Positions 18,915-35,910 of a DNA stretch of 64,000 bases are shown here, piece after piece (within the stretch, counting starts at the first letter, position 1; each line of letters starts with the position of its first letter). Both the position numbers and the translations under genes were made by a program. Under the pieces are notes generated by a model. That model worked only from the letters and a program-made list of their open reading frames with translations. It did not search any database and was not told the origin of the DNA. The stretch lies in assembly GCF_009914755.1 (NCBI RefSeq), contig NC_060935.1; one strand, written 5' to 3'. This DNA is from the human T2T-CHM13v2.0 reference genome, Homo sapiens.

Positions 18915-19159
18915 TAGCTCTGAGACTGCAAGAAGGTGGATGGAGAGGCTCCCTGTGGCCAGGAAAAGGGACTGGGCCCCTGTCTGGGTACCTCAGGACT
19001 GGCATGAAGCCACATGTGTGAGCTGGTGCTGCAAGGCGTGGGAGTGATCAGATGGTCATTGGTGAGAGGCTGGGAGCCCCTCTAGCTGTAAAGTTGACAG
19101 ATGACACCCAGGGCATGTGGTCGGGACTCCCTAGCAGCATATGGGAGGGAGGAGGGTAA

Positions 19160-19495
<336 letters not shown>

Positions 19496-21203
19496 TGATC
19501 CGCCTGCTTTGGCCTCCCAAAGTACTTGGATTACAGGGGTGAGTTACCGTGCCCGACCCATTATCTCCATTTTAGAGATGAGGAAACAGAGACACAGAGA
19601 GGTAAAGTAACTGCCAAAGTTCACATAGCTGGTAAGAGGCTGACCCAGGAATTGAATTAAAGCTTTCTGGCTCCACGCCTGTGCTTGAATCACCTCTGCC
19701 ACAGGTGGTGGCTCAAGCTACTGTTTGTTGTTGTTGTTGTTTGTTTGTTTTTTGTTTTGTCCTTAAATTCTGGCACAGAGTGACTGCAGGAGGCCAGTAA
19801 CTCTGTTTACTCCCCTTCATTATACGGGGGACAGGAAGCCCAAGAGAAAGGCTCGGCTTCAGCCAATCAGGATGGGGGTGGGAGTGGGAGCGGCTTTGGT
19901 TTGAAGGTTGGAACATTTGGAACTAGTGGCTGGATTTGCTCCCCGGCTGGGGAGGGGGGCCATGCAGGTTACAGATAAAAAGCTGCTGTTCTCAGGAGGA
20001 GCCTCTGGCCCCGGCCAGCTGCTGTTCAGGAGCAGGCAGAAGGGGCAGATCCAGGGGGCTGGCATCTGTTCACCCAGGGGTTTGCCCTTTGGTAGTAGCC
20101 CTGGGACTGAGAGGTCTGGGGTACCAGCATGGGGAGGGAGGGCTAAGGGGTGTAGAGAGTGACCCCAGACCTCAAGGGCAAAACCTGAGGATGCTTGCAG
20201 GCCTTGGCATCAGGTCTCAGCCCACAGATCTGGTCCCCAGCTGCACCATCCGGGCAGGGCAGCTGCAGGAATTTGGCTCCATCCCTCCCTGCCTCTCCTC
20301 CTGCCTCCCCTGCTTGTTCCCTGCTTGGCCAAGGTCCCAGTTGGCTGTGGCTCAGGCTCGGGCTCCATTTCTCTCCACCCTCATAAGTGGCCTGAGAACC
20401 CTTCCTAGCCCTGCTTGGGGACCCTGCAACTAGATATTGGGGCTCATGGCTGCCTTTACCCAGCTGTGTGACCTTGGACAAGTGGTCAGCCCTCTCTGGG
20501 CCTGTTTCTTTTTGTTTGTTTGTTTTGAGACAAGGTCTTGCTCTGCCGCCCAGGCTGAAATGTGGTGGTGCAATCATGGCTCACTACAGCTTGGACCTCC
20601 TGGACTTAAGTGATCCTCCTGCCTTAGCCTCTGGAGGAACTGGAACTACAGGTGTGCACCACCATGCTTGGCTATTTTTAAAATTTTTTGTAGAAAGCGG
20701 GGTGGGGGTCTCCCCGTGTTGCTCAGGCTGGTCTCGAACTCCTGGGCTCAAGTGATCCTCCTACCTCACCTTTTCAAAGTACTGGGATTATAGCTGTGAG
20801 TATCTGCGCATGTGGGCCTATTTCTTCCTCCAATAGCCCAACCCATCACAAAGTACCATCCTGTTACCAAATACCTCCTCCATGCCAGACACTTGGTGGG
20901 TCTTCAGACCCCCATTTTACTGATGAAAAAACTGAGGTCAGAACTGGAATTTGTACCCAGGAGGCTGATTACCAAGCCTTCATCCTGTCCCAAACAGCCT
21001 CAGAAAATACTCTCAAAAGTGCTCTGACTGGGCGCAGTGGCTCACGCCTGTAATCCCAGCACTTTGGGAGGCTGAGGCGGTGGATCACCAGAGGTCAGGA
21101 GTTCAAGACCAGCCTGGCCAACATGGTGAATCCTTGTCTCTACTAAAAAAAATACAAAAATTAGCGGGGTGTAGTGGCGGTTGCCTGTAATCCCAGCTAC
21201 TCA

Positions 21204-21386
<183 letters not shown>

Positions 21387-22430
21387 TTAACTATCCTGAC
21401 TGAAATTAAGTTGAAGCCCCAGGAATTTCAGAAGCAAAAGCATTCATGCACTCTTCTGGCCCATTTTGCAGTTTGCCTTCACAGCCAGCACAGTGGAAAG
21501 CCAGCTCTGAAATATGTGGGGTGTGGTCGGAGTGCTCAGATACAGCCGGAAGTCTCCTCTCCCTGCACCTGCAGAGACGGTTACTCCTGGGAACTTCTGG
21601 GTGTTTTTCTGGGAGTTGTTTTTGGCAATGAAACCACACTTGAACTCCAGACCTCTCCACCGGAAGACTTTGAACAGGGTCAGGGTGGGAACTTTGCATT
21701 TCCAGATGGGATTTTCTGCTGCAAACAAGGTCAGGAACATGGCCCTGGATGATGCAGACGTGAGCGATGCTTGCTTCCCCTTAAACTGAACGTCATAAGC
21801 CTTGTCCTTACTTAGAAGCAGCATCCAGGGCAGAAAATACGATAAAAGCCTTGGCCCACCTGCCCGCTGTGCCTGCCACAGTCTCCTGGCTTAAAGTGTG
21901 TCCCACCTTAAAATGAGAAGGTGGTGACCTCTCAGAGGTTCAGGCTCAGTAGGTTTAAGTCTTCAGGTAGAACGAGCGACTAGGCCACTCCTGTGGAGGA
22001 TTGCCATTGCCAGAGTTTGAAGCAGTTGCTTTTTCCTGCTATTCCAAAAATAGGACAACTGCGACCTTTGGCTTATAAATTCAGCTAAGGCAACAGTTGC
22101 ACACACAACTGGGGTGGCCGCTCAGCTCTCTTCCTCTACCCACCCTGGCCCAGCGTCCCCTGCTGGTACCAGGCCCTGCTCCCTAGATGCAGGGATTGAC
22201 CCAAACCCTGCCAATCAAAGAGCCTCAGCTTCAGCAACAGCAATTGGTCCAGCGGGGAGAGCACGTGAGCAGAGTCGGGCTTATCAGAGTCCTCCCTGGC
22301 CCATCCCAAACACAGCTGGCCAGGGGCCAGGAGCTCCCTCTGAGATGGGAGCTTCTATTCAGGCCAAGAGGCTGGTAGAAGGTGAATCTGAAGTGGACTG
22401 TGATGTAGGTTATGGCTGAGAGAGTGGAGC

Positions 22431-22432
<2 letters not shown>

Positions 22433-22510
<78 letters not shown>
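22433..22510. repeat. Compound (TG)n(GA)n microsatellite
   Basis: Seen directly in the sequence. Confidence 0.95.
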
Positions 22511-22512
<2 letters not shown>

Positions 22513-22634
22513 TGGCGGTGCAGTTTTTAGGTGCCTGGTTCCATTCTGTGAGAGTCCAGCTCCACTTTCCCTGTTTGGGTCCATAAATGCCTCTCTCTTG
22601 GAGTTGAGTTTCTGTACTTTCAGCTGAAAGAGAT

Positions 22635-23450
22635 TGCGACAGGTTCAAAATGTGTTCAGAAATCCTTTGACAATTTCTCCCTCAAAATTTGGAACCTGGC
22701 GAGGGCGGTGGCTCATACCTGTAAACCTAGCACTTTGGGAGGCCAAAGCAGGAGGATCTTTTGAGCTCAGGGGTTCAAGACCAGCCTGGACAACATAATG
22801 AGGCCCCATCTCTAGAAACAATTAAACAACAAAATTAGTCGGATGTGGTGGCATGCACCTGTAGTCCCAGCTGCTCTGGAGGCTGAGGCAGGAGGATCAC
22901 TTGAGCATGTCTGGGAGGTTGAGGCTTCAGTGAGCTGTGATCATACCACTGCACTCCAGCCTGGGTTACAGAGGGAGACCATGTCTCCCACCTCAAAAAA
23001 TGAAAAATAAACCCAACTCCCTACCCCTTGAGCACAGGCTGGATTTAGTGCGTGGAAGTGATAGTGCACGACTTCCAAGACTAGGTCGGAAAAGACGCTG
23101 TGGCTTCCATCTTGCTCTCCTGAATCACATGCTCTGAGGAAGCCAGCTGCCATGTCATGAGGACACTTAAGCAGCCCTGTGGTGGTCCAGGTGGTGAGGA
23201 ACTGAGGCGTTCTGACAAAGCCAGCACTTCATCACTCTCCATGTGAGTGCACCAGTATGAAAGTGAATCCTGCAGCCCCACTTAAGCCCCAGAGACCATC
23301 TTAATGGCCACCTCATGAGAGACCCCAGCAGAAACCCCTAGCTAAAGCACTCCCAAATTTGTGACTCAGAAACGAATATAATAAATGCGTGTTGTTTTAA
23401 GCGGCTAAGCTTTGGGGTAATTCGCTATGCAGCAATAGATAAGTAATACA
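22635..23450 (+). mobile_element. MLT1-type MaLR LTR interrupted by an Alu
   Basis: GAAGCCAGCTGCCATGTCATGAGGACACT and a terminal GCTAAGCTTTGGGGTAATTCGCTATGCAGCAATAGATAAGTAATACA. Confidence 0.75.
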
Positions 23451-23866
23451 GAGTTCAAACCAAGCCGCTGCCATCAAGCCTCCGTAATAGAGGTGAGTGC
23501 CCTACGAGGCTCACCAGACAAGGCAGATGCTGAGATTTCATGAGCTGTTTTCCAGAGTCCAGTTGCTTGGGTTGGGGTTTGCAGTCGTTTCTGAACTCTC
23601 TTGGCAAAGGTGTTTGTCAGTGTCTGCGATAAAGGCACATCCTTCAGACAGGAGTCTTTCCTTTGATGGTCTCTGATTCCTGATTGTGAGTCTGTGTGGC
23701 TGCAGCTCATTCACGCTGGAGAGGAAGGAAGGAGCAGTGTGTAAGAGAGCAGGTGCTGGGCTTGGCTTCAGGTCCCAACTCTGCCATGTGACCTTGAGCT
23801 AGATGCCCAAATGAGATAATGCATCTAAAACATTTAGCGCAGTGTCTGGAACACAGTAAGTGCTCA

Positions 23867-23965
<99 letters not shown>

Positions 23966-23992
23966 TCACTTGAGGTCAGGAGTTTGAGATCA

Positions 23993-24223
<231 letters not shown>

Positions 24224-24388
24224 TCAAAGTTTCTCACTACCATTAGCTTTGGTGCTGTCTCAACATCTTCAGAAATCAGCATCTCTTCTTTTGCTATGTA
24301 TTTTGTACAAACAAGCAACTGAGCACAATCTCCTGCTTTCATATGTTCATCTCAACTAACAGCAAGAGAAAAAAAAAATAGGTAGTGA

Positions 24389-24772
<384 letters not shown>

Positions 24773-24900
24773 TGATCTGCTTGCCTTGGCCTCCCAAAGT
24801 GCTGGGATTACAGGCGTGAGCCACCATACCCGGCCTCCAAGTAAAGTTCTTTGAAACCAAATTTTTAATTGCTCAATATTCAAAATCAACATATTATTTA

Positions 24901-25089
<189 letters not shown>

Positions 25090-25827
25090 TCAGGAGGCTG
25101 AGATGGGAGAATAGCTTGATTGCAGGAGGTAGAGGTTGCAGTGGACCAAGATTGCGCCACTGCACTCCAGCCTGGGCAACAGAGTGAGATTCAGTCTAAA
25201 ATAAATAAATAAATAAATAAAATAAAATGCTCATCTACATGTCTGCTTCCGTATTATGACTAGAAATCTCTTGAGAGAAGGGACTGGATTATTTTTTCTT
25301 TTCTTTTCCAGCTTTTGAATTGAGCTATTACTTATACACAGTAGACGCACTTATCTTAAGCATATAGTTCAGTAAATGTTTACATACGTATACCTGTGTA
25401 CCTGTGTAACCACAAACAAATCAAGGTGTTGAACATTCCCCGCCCCCAAAGCAAAGAGTTGCTCTCTGTTTGCTAGTGTCATGGGTTGCAAGAAAGCCTA
25501 AAATTGATGTAACTGTATTTGTTATTTGCTACTTAACAAACCACTCTGACGTTTATTGGCTTAAAACAACACACACTTATCCCTCCCAGCTCTGTGACTG
25601 GACTGAGTGTCCCTTCTGAGCTGGGCCAGCTTGGCTGAGTCTCGCTGGTCTGGTTGCCCTCACTGTGACATGGGACCTCAGCTCAAATAGTGGAAACTCC
25701 AGCTGGGCACGGTGGCTCACTTCTGTAATTCCAGCATTTTGGGAGGCCAAGGTGGCAGGATCACATGAGGCCAGGAGTTCGAGATCAGCCTGACCAACAT
25801 GGCGAAACCCCGTCTCTACTAAAACTA

Positions 25828-26013
<186 letters not shown>

Positions 26014-26180
26014 TTAGCAATTAAATTGAGATGGCCTCATTCTGTTGCCCAGGCTGGAGTGCATGGTGAGATCACGGCTCACTGCTGCCTTGACCTCCTG
26101 GGGTCAGGTGATTCTCCCACAGCCGCCTTCCAGGTAGCTGGGACTACAGGCGGGCACCACTACAACCGGCTAATTTTTAA

Positions 26181-26312
<132 letters not shown>

Positions 26313-27060
26313 TGATTTTTTTTCCAACTTTTTTTTTTAATTGTAGTAAAATACACATAGCATAAAATTTACCATCTTAACCAATTTTTTTTTCTTTTTC
26401 TTTTCTTTTTTTTTTTTTTGAGACAGAGTCTTGCTGTGTCACCCAGGCTGGAGTGCAGTGGAGTGATCTCGGCTCACTGCAACCTCTGCCTCCTGAGTTC
26501 AAGCAATTCTCTTCCTCAGCCTCCTGAGTAGCTGAGATTACAGGCACCTGCCACCATGTCCAGCTAATTTTTGTATTTTTAGTAGAGATGGGGTTTCACC
26601 ATCTTGGCCAGGCTGGTCTTGAACTCCTGACCTTGTGATCCACCGCCTCGGCCTCCCAAAGTGCTGGGATTACAGGCGTGAGCCACTGTGCCCAAACCAT
26701 TTTTAAGTGTAAGGTTTAGTGGTATTAAATACATTCATGTTGTGCAACCACTACTACTATCCATTTCCAGAACTCTCTTTATCTTATAAAATCAGAACTC
26801 TACCCATTAAACACTAACTTCCCATTCTCCTCTTCCCAGTCCCTGGCAACCACATTCTATTTTCTGTTTCTATGATTTTGACTACTCTGAAGTATCTCAT
26901 ATAAGTGGAATCATACAGTATTTGTCTTTCATGACTGGTTTATTTCACTTAGCATAATGTCCTCAAGGTCCATCTATGTGGTGGCATGTATCAGAATTTC
27001 CTTCCAAGTGATTTTTTACAAAGATGCAAAACCAGTTCAGTGGAGAAAAGATAGCCCTTT

Positions 27061-29642
27061 TCATATGGCTAGGCTTTGTGTCCCCACCCAAATCTCATCT
27101 TGAATTGTAATCCCCCAGAGCTGATGGAGAGACCTAGTGGGAGGTGATTGGATCACGGGGATGGTTCCCCCATGCTGTTCTTGAGATAGTGAGGGAGTTT
27201 TCACGAGGTCTGATGGTTTTATAAATGGCAGTTTCCCCACCAGGCATGGTGGCTTACACCTGTAATTCCAACACTTTGGGAGGCTGAGGCAGACAGATCA
27301 CTTGAGGTCAGGAGTTTGAGACCAGCCTGGCCAACATGGTGAAACACCATCTCTACTAAAATGACAAAAATTAGCTGGGCGTGGTGGTGCATGCCTGTGA
27401 TCCCAGCTACTCAGGAGGCTGAGGCAGGAGAATCACTTGAACCCAGGAGGCAGAGGTTGCAGTGAGCCGAGATCTCCAGCTTGGGCAATAGAGAGACTCT
27501 GTTTCAAAAATAAAAAAAAATAATAAAAGAAAAAAGCAGTTTTCCCTGGGCTTTTGCTCTCTCTCTCTCTCTCTCTCTTGCCTGCCACCATGTAAGACCT
27601 GCCTGCTTCCCCTTCTGTTGTGATTGTAAGTTTCCTGAGGCCTCCTCAGCCATGTGGAACTGTGAATCAATTAAACCCCTTTCCTTTATAAATTACCCAG
27701 TCTCAGGTGGTATTTTTATAGCAGTGTGAAAATGGACTATTATAGTAAATTGGTACTGCAGAGAGTGGGGTATTGCTATAAAGAAACTTGAAAATGTGGA
27801 AGCGACTTTGGAATTGGGTAATGGGCAGAGGTTGGAACAGTTTGGAGGGCTCAGAAGAGTACAGGAAGATATGGAAAAGTTTGTAGCTTCCTAGAGAATT
27901 GTTGAATGCTTTTGAGCAAAATGCTGATAAGGATGTGTACAATGAAGTCCAGGCTGAGGTGGTCTCAGATGGAGTTGAAGAGCTTATTGGGAACTGGAGT
28001 AAAGGTCACTCATGCTATGCTTTTTAGCCAAGAGACTGGGTGACATTTTGCCCCTGCCCTAGAGATCTGTGGAACTTTGAACTGGAGAGAGATGATTTAG
28101 GGTAACTGGCAAAAGAAATTTCTAAGCAGCAAAGCATTCAAGACATGACCCAGATTATTCTGAAAGCATTCAGTTTTATGCATTCACAAAGAGATGATTT
28201 GAAATTGGAACTTACATTTAAAAGAGAAGCAGAGCATAAAAGTTTAGAAAATTTGCAAGCCTGATGATGCAACAGAAAAAAAAAATTTCTGGGGAGAAAT
28301 TCAAGCCCACTGCAGAAATTTGCATAAGTAATGAGGGGCTGAATGTTAATCACTATTTAACTCCCCAGCCATGTAGAACTGTGAGTCATTTCCATCAATG
28401 AGGAAAATGTCTCCAGGGCATGTCAGAGATCTTGTTGGCAACATCTCCCACCACAGGCCCAGAGGCCTAGGAGAAAAAAATGGTTTCATGGGCCCCAGTC
28501 ATGTCTAAAAGGGGCCAAGGTAAGCTTGGGGCATTAGTTCAGAAGGTGCAAGCCTCAAGCCTTGGCAGCTTCCTTGTGGTGTTGGGCTTGCAGGTGCACA
28601 GAAGTCAAGAACTGAGGTTTGGGAACCTCTGCCTAGATTTCAGAAGATGTATGGAAGTGCTTGGATGTCCAGGCAAAAGTCTGCTGCAGGGGCAAAGCCC
28701 TCATGGAGAACCTCTGCTAGGGCAATGTGGAAGGGATATGTGGGGTTGGAGCCTCCACACAGAGTCCCCACTGGGGCACTGCCTGGTGGAGATGTAAGAA
28801 GAGGGCCACTGTCCTCCAGACCCCAGAATGGTAGGTCCCCTGACAGCTTGCACCATGTGCCTGGGAAAGACACAGGCACTGAATGCCAGCCTGTGAAAAA
28901 TCCTGCCCCTTGCATCAGCATGCCCTGGATGTGGGACATATAGCCAAAGGAGATCATTTTAGAGCTTTAAGATTTAATGACTGCCCCAATGGATTTCAGA
29001 CTTGCATGGGGCCTGTAGCACCTTTTTTTTTGGGCAGTTTTTCCCATTTAGAATGGGAATATTTACCTAATGCTTGTACCCTCATTGTATCTAGGAAATA
29101 ACTAGCTTGCTTTTGATTTTACAGGCTCATAGGCAGAAGGGACTTGCCTTGTCTCAGATGAGATTTTAGACCGTGGACTTTTGAGTCAATGCTGGAATGA
29201 GTTAAGACTTTGGCATGATTGTGTTTTGAAATGTGAAAGGGACATGAGATTTGGGATGGGTCAGGGGTGGAATGATTTGGTTAGGCTTTGTGTCCCCACC
29301 CAAATCTGATCTTGAATTGTAATCCCCAGGTGTTGAGGGTGAGACCTGGTGGGAGGTGATTGGATCGTGAATCAGCATGTTGCCTCCATGCTGTTCTCAT
29401 GATAGTTGGGGAGTTCTCATGAGATCTGATGGTTTTATAAAAGTCAGTTTCCCTGGGCTTTTTGCTTGCTCTCTCTTGCATGTTGCCATGTAAGATGTGC
29501 CTGCTTCCCCTTCTGCTGTGATTGTAAGTTTCCTGAGGCCTCCCTAGTCATGCAGAACAGTCAGTCAATTAAACCTTTTTGCTTTATAAATTACTCAGCC
29601 TTGGGTAGTATCTTCATAGCAGTGTGAAAACGGACGAATATA
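27061..29642 (+). mobile_element. Two-LTR MST (MSTA-like) MaLR retrotransposon: 5' LTR 27061-~27745 (Alu inside), internal ~27746-29271, 3' LTR 29272-29642
   Basis: Both LTRs begin ...GGCTTTGTGTCCCCACCCAAATCT. Internal region starts GTAAATTGGTACTGCAGAGAGTGGGG. 5-bp TSD CCTTT at 27056-27060 and 29643-29647; inserted into an old L1. Confidence 0.9.
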
Positions 29643-30304
29643 CCTTTCAACAGAAGGTAATGGAGCAATTAGAATTTCATAGGCAAAAAAAGAAATGTTA
29701 ATCTAAACCTCACAACTTATAGAAAATTAACTGAAATGGATTATGGACTTAATTACAAAATGAAAAATTATATAACTTTAAGGGAAAAAATGTGAGAAAA
29801 TGTTCAGGATCTAGAGCTAGGCAAAGAATTCTTAGACTTAATACTAAAAGCATGATCCATAAGAGGAAAAATGGATAAATTGCACCTCATAAAAATAAAA
29901 ATGTTTGGCTGGGCACTATGGCTCACACCTCTAATCCCAGCACTTTGGTAGGCTAAGTCAGTAGGATCACTTGAATCCAGGGGTTCAAGACTAGCCTGGG
30001 CAACACAGTGGGACTCCATCTCTACAAACCATAAAAAAAATTAACCAGGTATGGTGGTACATGCCTGTAGTCCCAGCTACTCAGGAGGTTAAGGTGGGAG
30101 GATCACTTGAGCCTGGGAGGTCAAGGCTGCAGTGGACCATGATTGCGCCACTGCACTCCAGCTTGGGCAACAGAGGCAGCTTGGGCAGCAGAGGCGGTGG
30201 CTCACGTCTGTAGTCCCAGCACTTTGGGAGGCTGAGGCAGGTGGATCATGAGCTCAGGAGATTGAGACCATCCTGGCTAACACAGTGAAACCCTGTCTCT
30301 ACTA

Positions 30305-30520
<216 letters not shown>

Positions 30521-30610
30521 TTAAAAAGTAAAGTTAGAAGTGGGAGAGGCCAGGCACAGTGGCTCATGCCTGTAATCCCAGCACTACGGGAGGCCGAGGT
30601 GGGCAGATCA

Positions 30611-30874
<264 letters not shown>

Positions 30875-31154
30875 TTATCTTTTTATAGTTGGTTTCTAGC
30901 TCAGTTGTATTGCGTACAGAAAACATGCTCTAAGATTTCAATCTGTTGAAGAGTGTGGGTGTTTCTGGCTGTATAGGATCTGATAGGTACTCCTTGTGTG
31001 CTTGAAAACAAAGCGTATTTTCAGTCATTCAAATATTCAATATTATTCTGATCGTTTTCTCAGTCTCTTCTATCAATTACTGAAGCACTATTTCAAAATA
31101 TCCCACTCTAGGCTGGAAGGAAATAGAAATGAATTAAGATTGAGATTGGCAAAT

Positions 31155-31169
31155 ACACACACACACACA

Positions 31170-31207
<38 letters not shown>
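31155..31207. repeat. (CA)n microsatellite
   Basis: Seen directly in the sequence. Confidence 0.95.
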
Positions 31208-31208
<1 letters not shown>

Positions 31209-31645
31209 CTGTTTTGTGTATTTCTCATCATAATTCCATCATACTTTACTGTATATAGTTTGTGGCCATGTTATTAAGGGCATACAAATTTAGAATTTTT
31301 GCAACGTCTTAATAAATACTGAATCTTTTCACATTAGCAAATTCCCATCTCATATGTAAAGGTTTTGTTTTCTTTGTTTTGAGATGGTCTCGCTGTGTTG
31401 CCCAGGCTGGAGTGCCGTGGCTATTCACAGGCTGTATCGTGGTACATTACAGCCTTGAACTCCTAGCCCCAAGCCATCTTCCAGTTTCAGCCTTCCAAGT
31501 AGTAAAGATTTTGTTTTAAAATTCATTATTTATTTATTTATTTATTTTTCTTCCCTTAAGGTGCTATTGGTAGGCCAAGCATAGTGGCTTATGCCTGTAA
31601 TACCAGAACTTTGGAAGGCTGAGGTGGGTGAATCACTTGAGGTCA

Positions 31646-31936
<291 letters not shown>

Positions 31937-32028
31937 CTATGTGGCCTATCTTTTTTAATCCTTTTATTTTCAACCTTCCTATAGTCTTATGCTATAAATG
32001 TGCTCCTTGTAAATAGAATATAATTTGA

Positions 32029-32692
<664 letters not shown>

Positions 32693-32798
32693 TAAATTGT
32701 TCTGTTGTGAACAATGCTGCAATAAACATGGGAGCTCGGTTTCTGAGCGTGCTTGTAAAGGTCTTCTGGTGGACGCATACGCTCTTTCCTTTGAGCTT

Positions 32799-33284
32799 TG
32801 TATTAGTTTCCTTCAGAGAAACGGAACCAATGGGATGTGTGTGGAGAGAAAGAGAGAGGGAGAGGCAGAGACAGAGAGGGAGAGGCAGAGACAGAGAGAG
32901 GGAGAGGCAGAGACAGAGAAAGGCTCCAAGGAATTGGCTTATGTGCTTGGTGGAGGCTGGGTATGTTCAAAAAAGTCCAATTCTGCAGGATAGGTTGGCA
33001 GGCTGGAGACCCCAGGAAGAGGTGATGCCGTGGCTCGAGGCTGAAGGCCGTCTCTGGCAGAATTCCTTCCTCTTCAGGGAACCTCAGTTGTCTCTCTTAA
33101 GGCCTTCAGCTGATTAGATGAGGCCCACCCCCATTATGGAGGGTCATCTGCTTCACTCAAAATCTACTGATCTAATTGTCAATCTCATCTAAAAAATGCC
33201 TTCACAGAAACATCTAGAATAATGTTTGACCAAATACTTGGGTGTTGGGGCCTGACCAATTTAACCCATAAAATCACCTATCAC
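32799..33284 (-). mobile_element. MLT2-type (ERVL) LTR with an internal GA-rich tract
   Basis: TGTATTAGTTTC...CAGAGAAACGGAACCAATGGGA...GGAATTGGCTTATGTG...CATAAAATCACCTATCAC. Confidence 0.8.
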
Positions 33285-33786
33285 TAGTATATACCTTGGA
33301 AGTTTTACAGCTGATACAGTTTTTCAGTGTGGCTGAACAGTTTAACAATCCCTCCCATCTGCAGTGCATGGAAGTTCCAGTTGCTCTCCCTCCTGTTGAC
33401 AGTTGGAATTGTTGTTGTTTTTTGTTTTGTTTTGTTTTGTTTTGTTTTGAGACGGAGCCTCATTCTGTTGCCCAGGCTGGAGTGCAGTGGTGCGATCTCA
33501 GCTCACTGCAACCTCCACCTCCTGGGTTCAAGCAATTCTCTGCCTCAGCCTCCTGAGTAGCTGGGACTACAGGTGCCCACCACCACGCCCGGCTAATTTT
33601 TGTATTTTTAGTAGAGACGGGGTTTCATCATCTTGGCCAGGGTGGTCTTGAACACCTGACCTCGTGATCCACCCGTCTCAGCCTCCCAAAGTGCTGGGAT
33701 TACAGGCGTGAGCCACCACGCCTGGCCCAACAGTTGGAATTGTTAGTGCCCTGCGTGCAGTGATATTTCACTGTGGCTTTAATTTA

Positions 33787-34095
<309 letters not shown>

Positions 34096-34247
34096 CTAAT
34101 GACACTGAACATGTTTTTACCTTTTTATATGCTTAAGGGGTGTATAATAATGGCACACAAATCGTCTTAAGGCTATTTGTTTTAAATATTAGGGACTAGA
34201 CTATGAAATATGGACACAGATAGGCTAGTAATTTATTGTCCCTTTGA

Positions 34248-34780
<533 letters not shown>

Positions 34781-35646
34781 TAAAGAAAAACAAAAGATTG
34801 TTTTCAGAAATAAATTCACCTTCCGGGGCTAAAAAAATCCTAACCATTTCCTACTTCTCTTTGGTTCTTGTTCTCACTTCAGGTTGTATATTAATCAGAT
34901 ACAAGTCCCACTGAGGTTACAAAGTCCCCCAACCGCAGCAGCTGAAACAAGCTAGAAGTATGTTTTCACTCTGCAACAAGTCCGGTGTCCTCTGCACGAA
35001 GCAATGGGCACTCCGTGGTGTTAGGGACCCAGGCTCCCCCTGCTCTCTCTGCCATGCCAAGGATGCCATCCCTGTCACGTCCATGTTCCAGCCCCGCGGG
35101 ATCAGGGGTTCTCTGAACAACACCTTTTGAAGAGGCATCTTCTAGGTTTGCAATGTAGATGATAAAATAAGTCACTTGTTGGCAACACGCAGCATACCCC
35201 ATGCAGCACCGGGTTTCTGACTTGCAACTGGCGTGACTTCTAGTGAATGTGCCGCCCAGAAACACTCGACGGAGACTACACTGCTATCACTAAGTTGTTT
35301 TTTCTCCTTCTTGAGTACTTCAGTGGGGTGGGGCCAATTTATATTTAACCAGTTATTTCAGGAATCAAGGAGGGCGGGGAGGCACACTGACTGCTGTATT
35401 ACTGGTTCATTCTGGGAAGCCTGGGCCCAGCTCCAGCTTGCTGAGGCCACGCTACGGGGTCCACAGCGTCGACTGTCCCTGACTCTAACCAGCGTCTCCC
35501 AGAGCCTGCAAATGTGCCACACACAGCAGCAGGGGCGGGGCTCACTCCTCATTCTCACTCTTCGACTTGTATTGGGCTGATTTTGATTGAAAGCAGCAGA
35601 AACCCAATCAAAGGCGAATTTGCTGACTCAGTTAACTGGAAGATAA

Positions 35647-35910
<264 letters not shown>

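Noticed and set aside
21444-21824. 126-aa minus-strand ORF in apparently unique sequence
   Set aside because: No recognisable domain, splice structure or retrocopy hallmarks.
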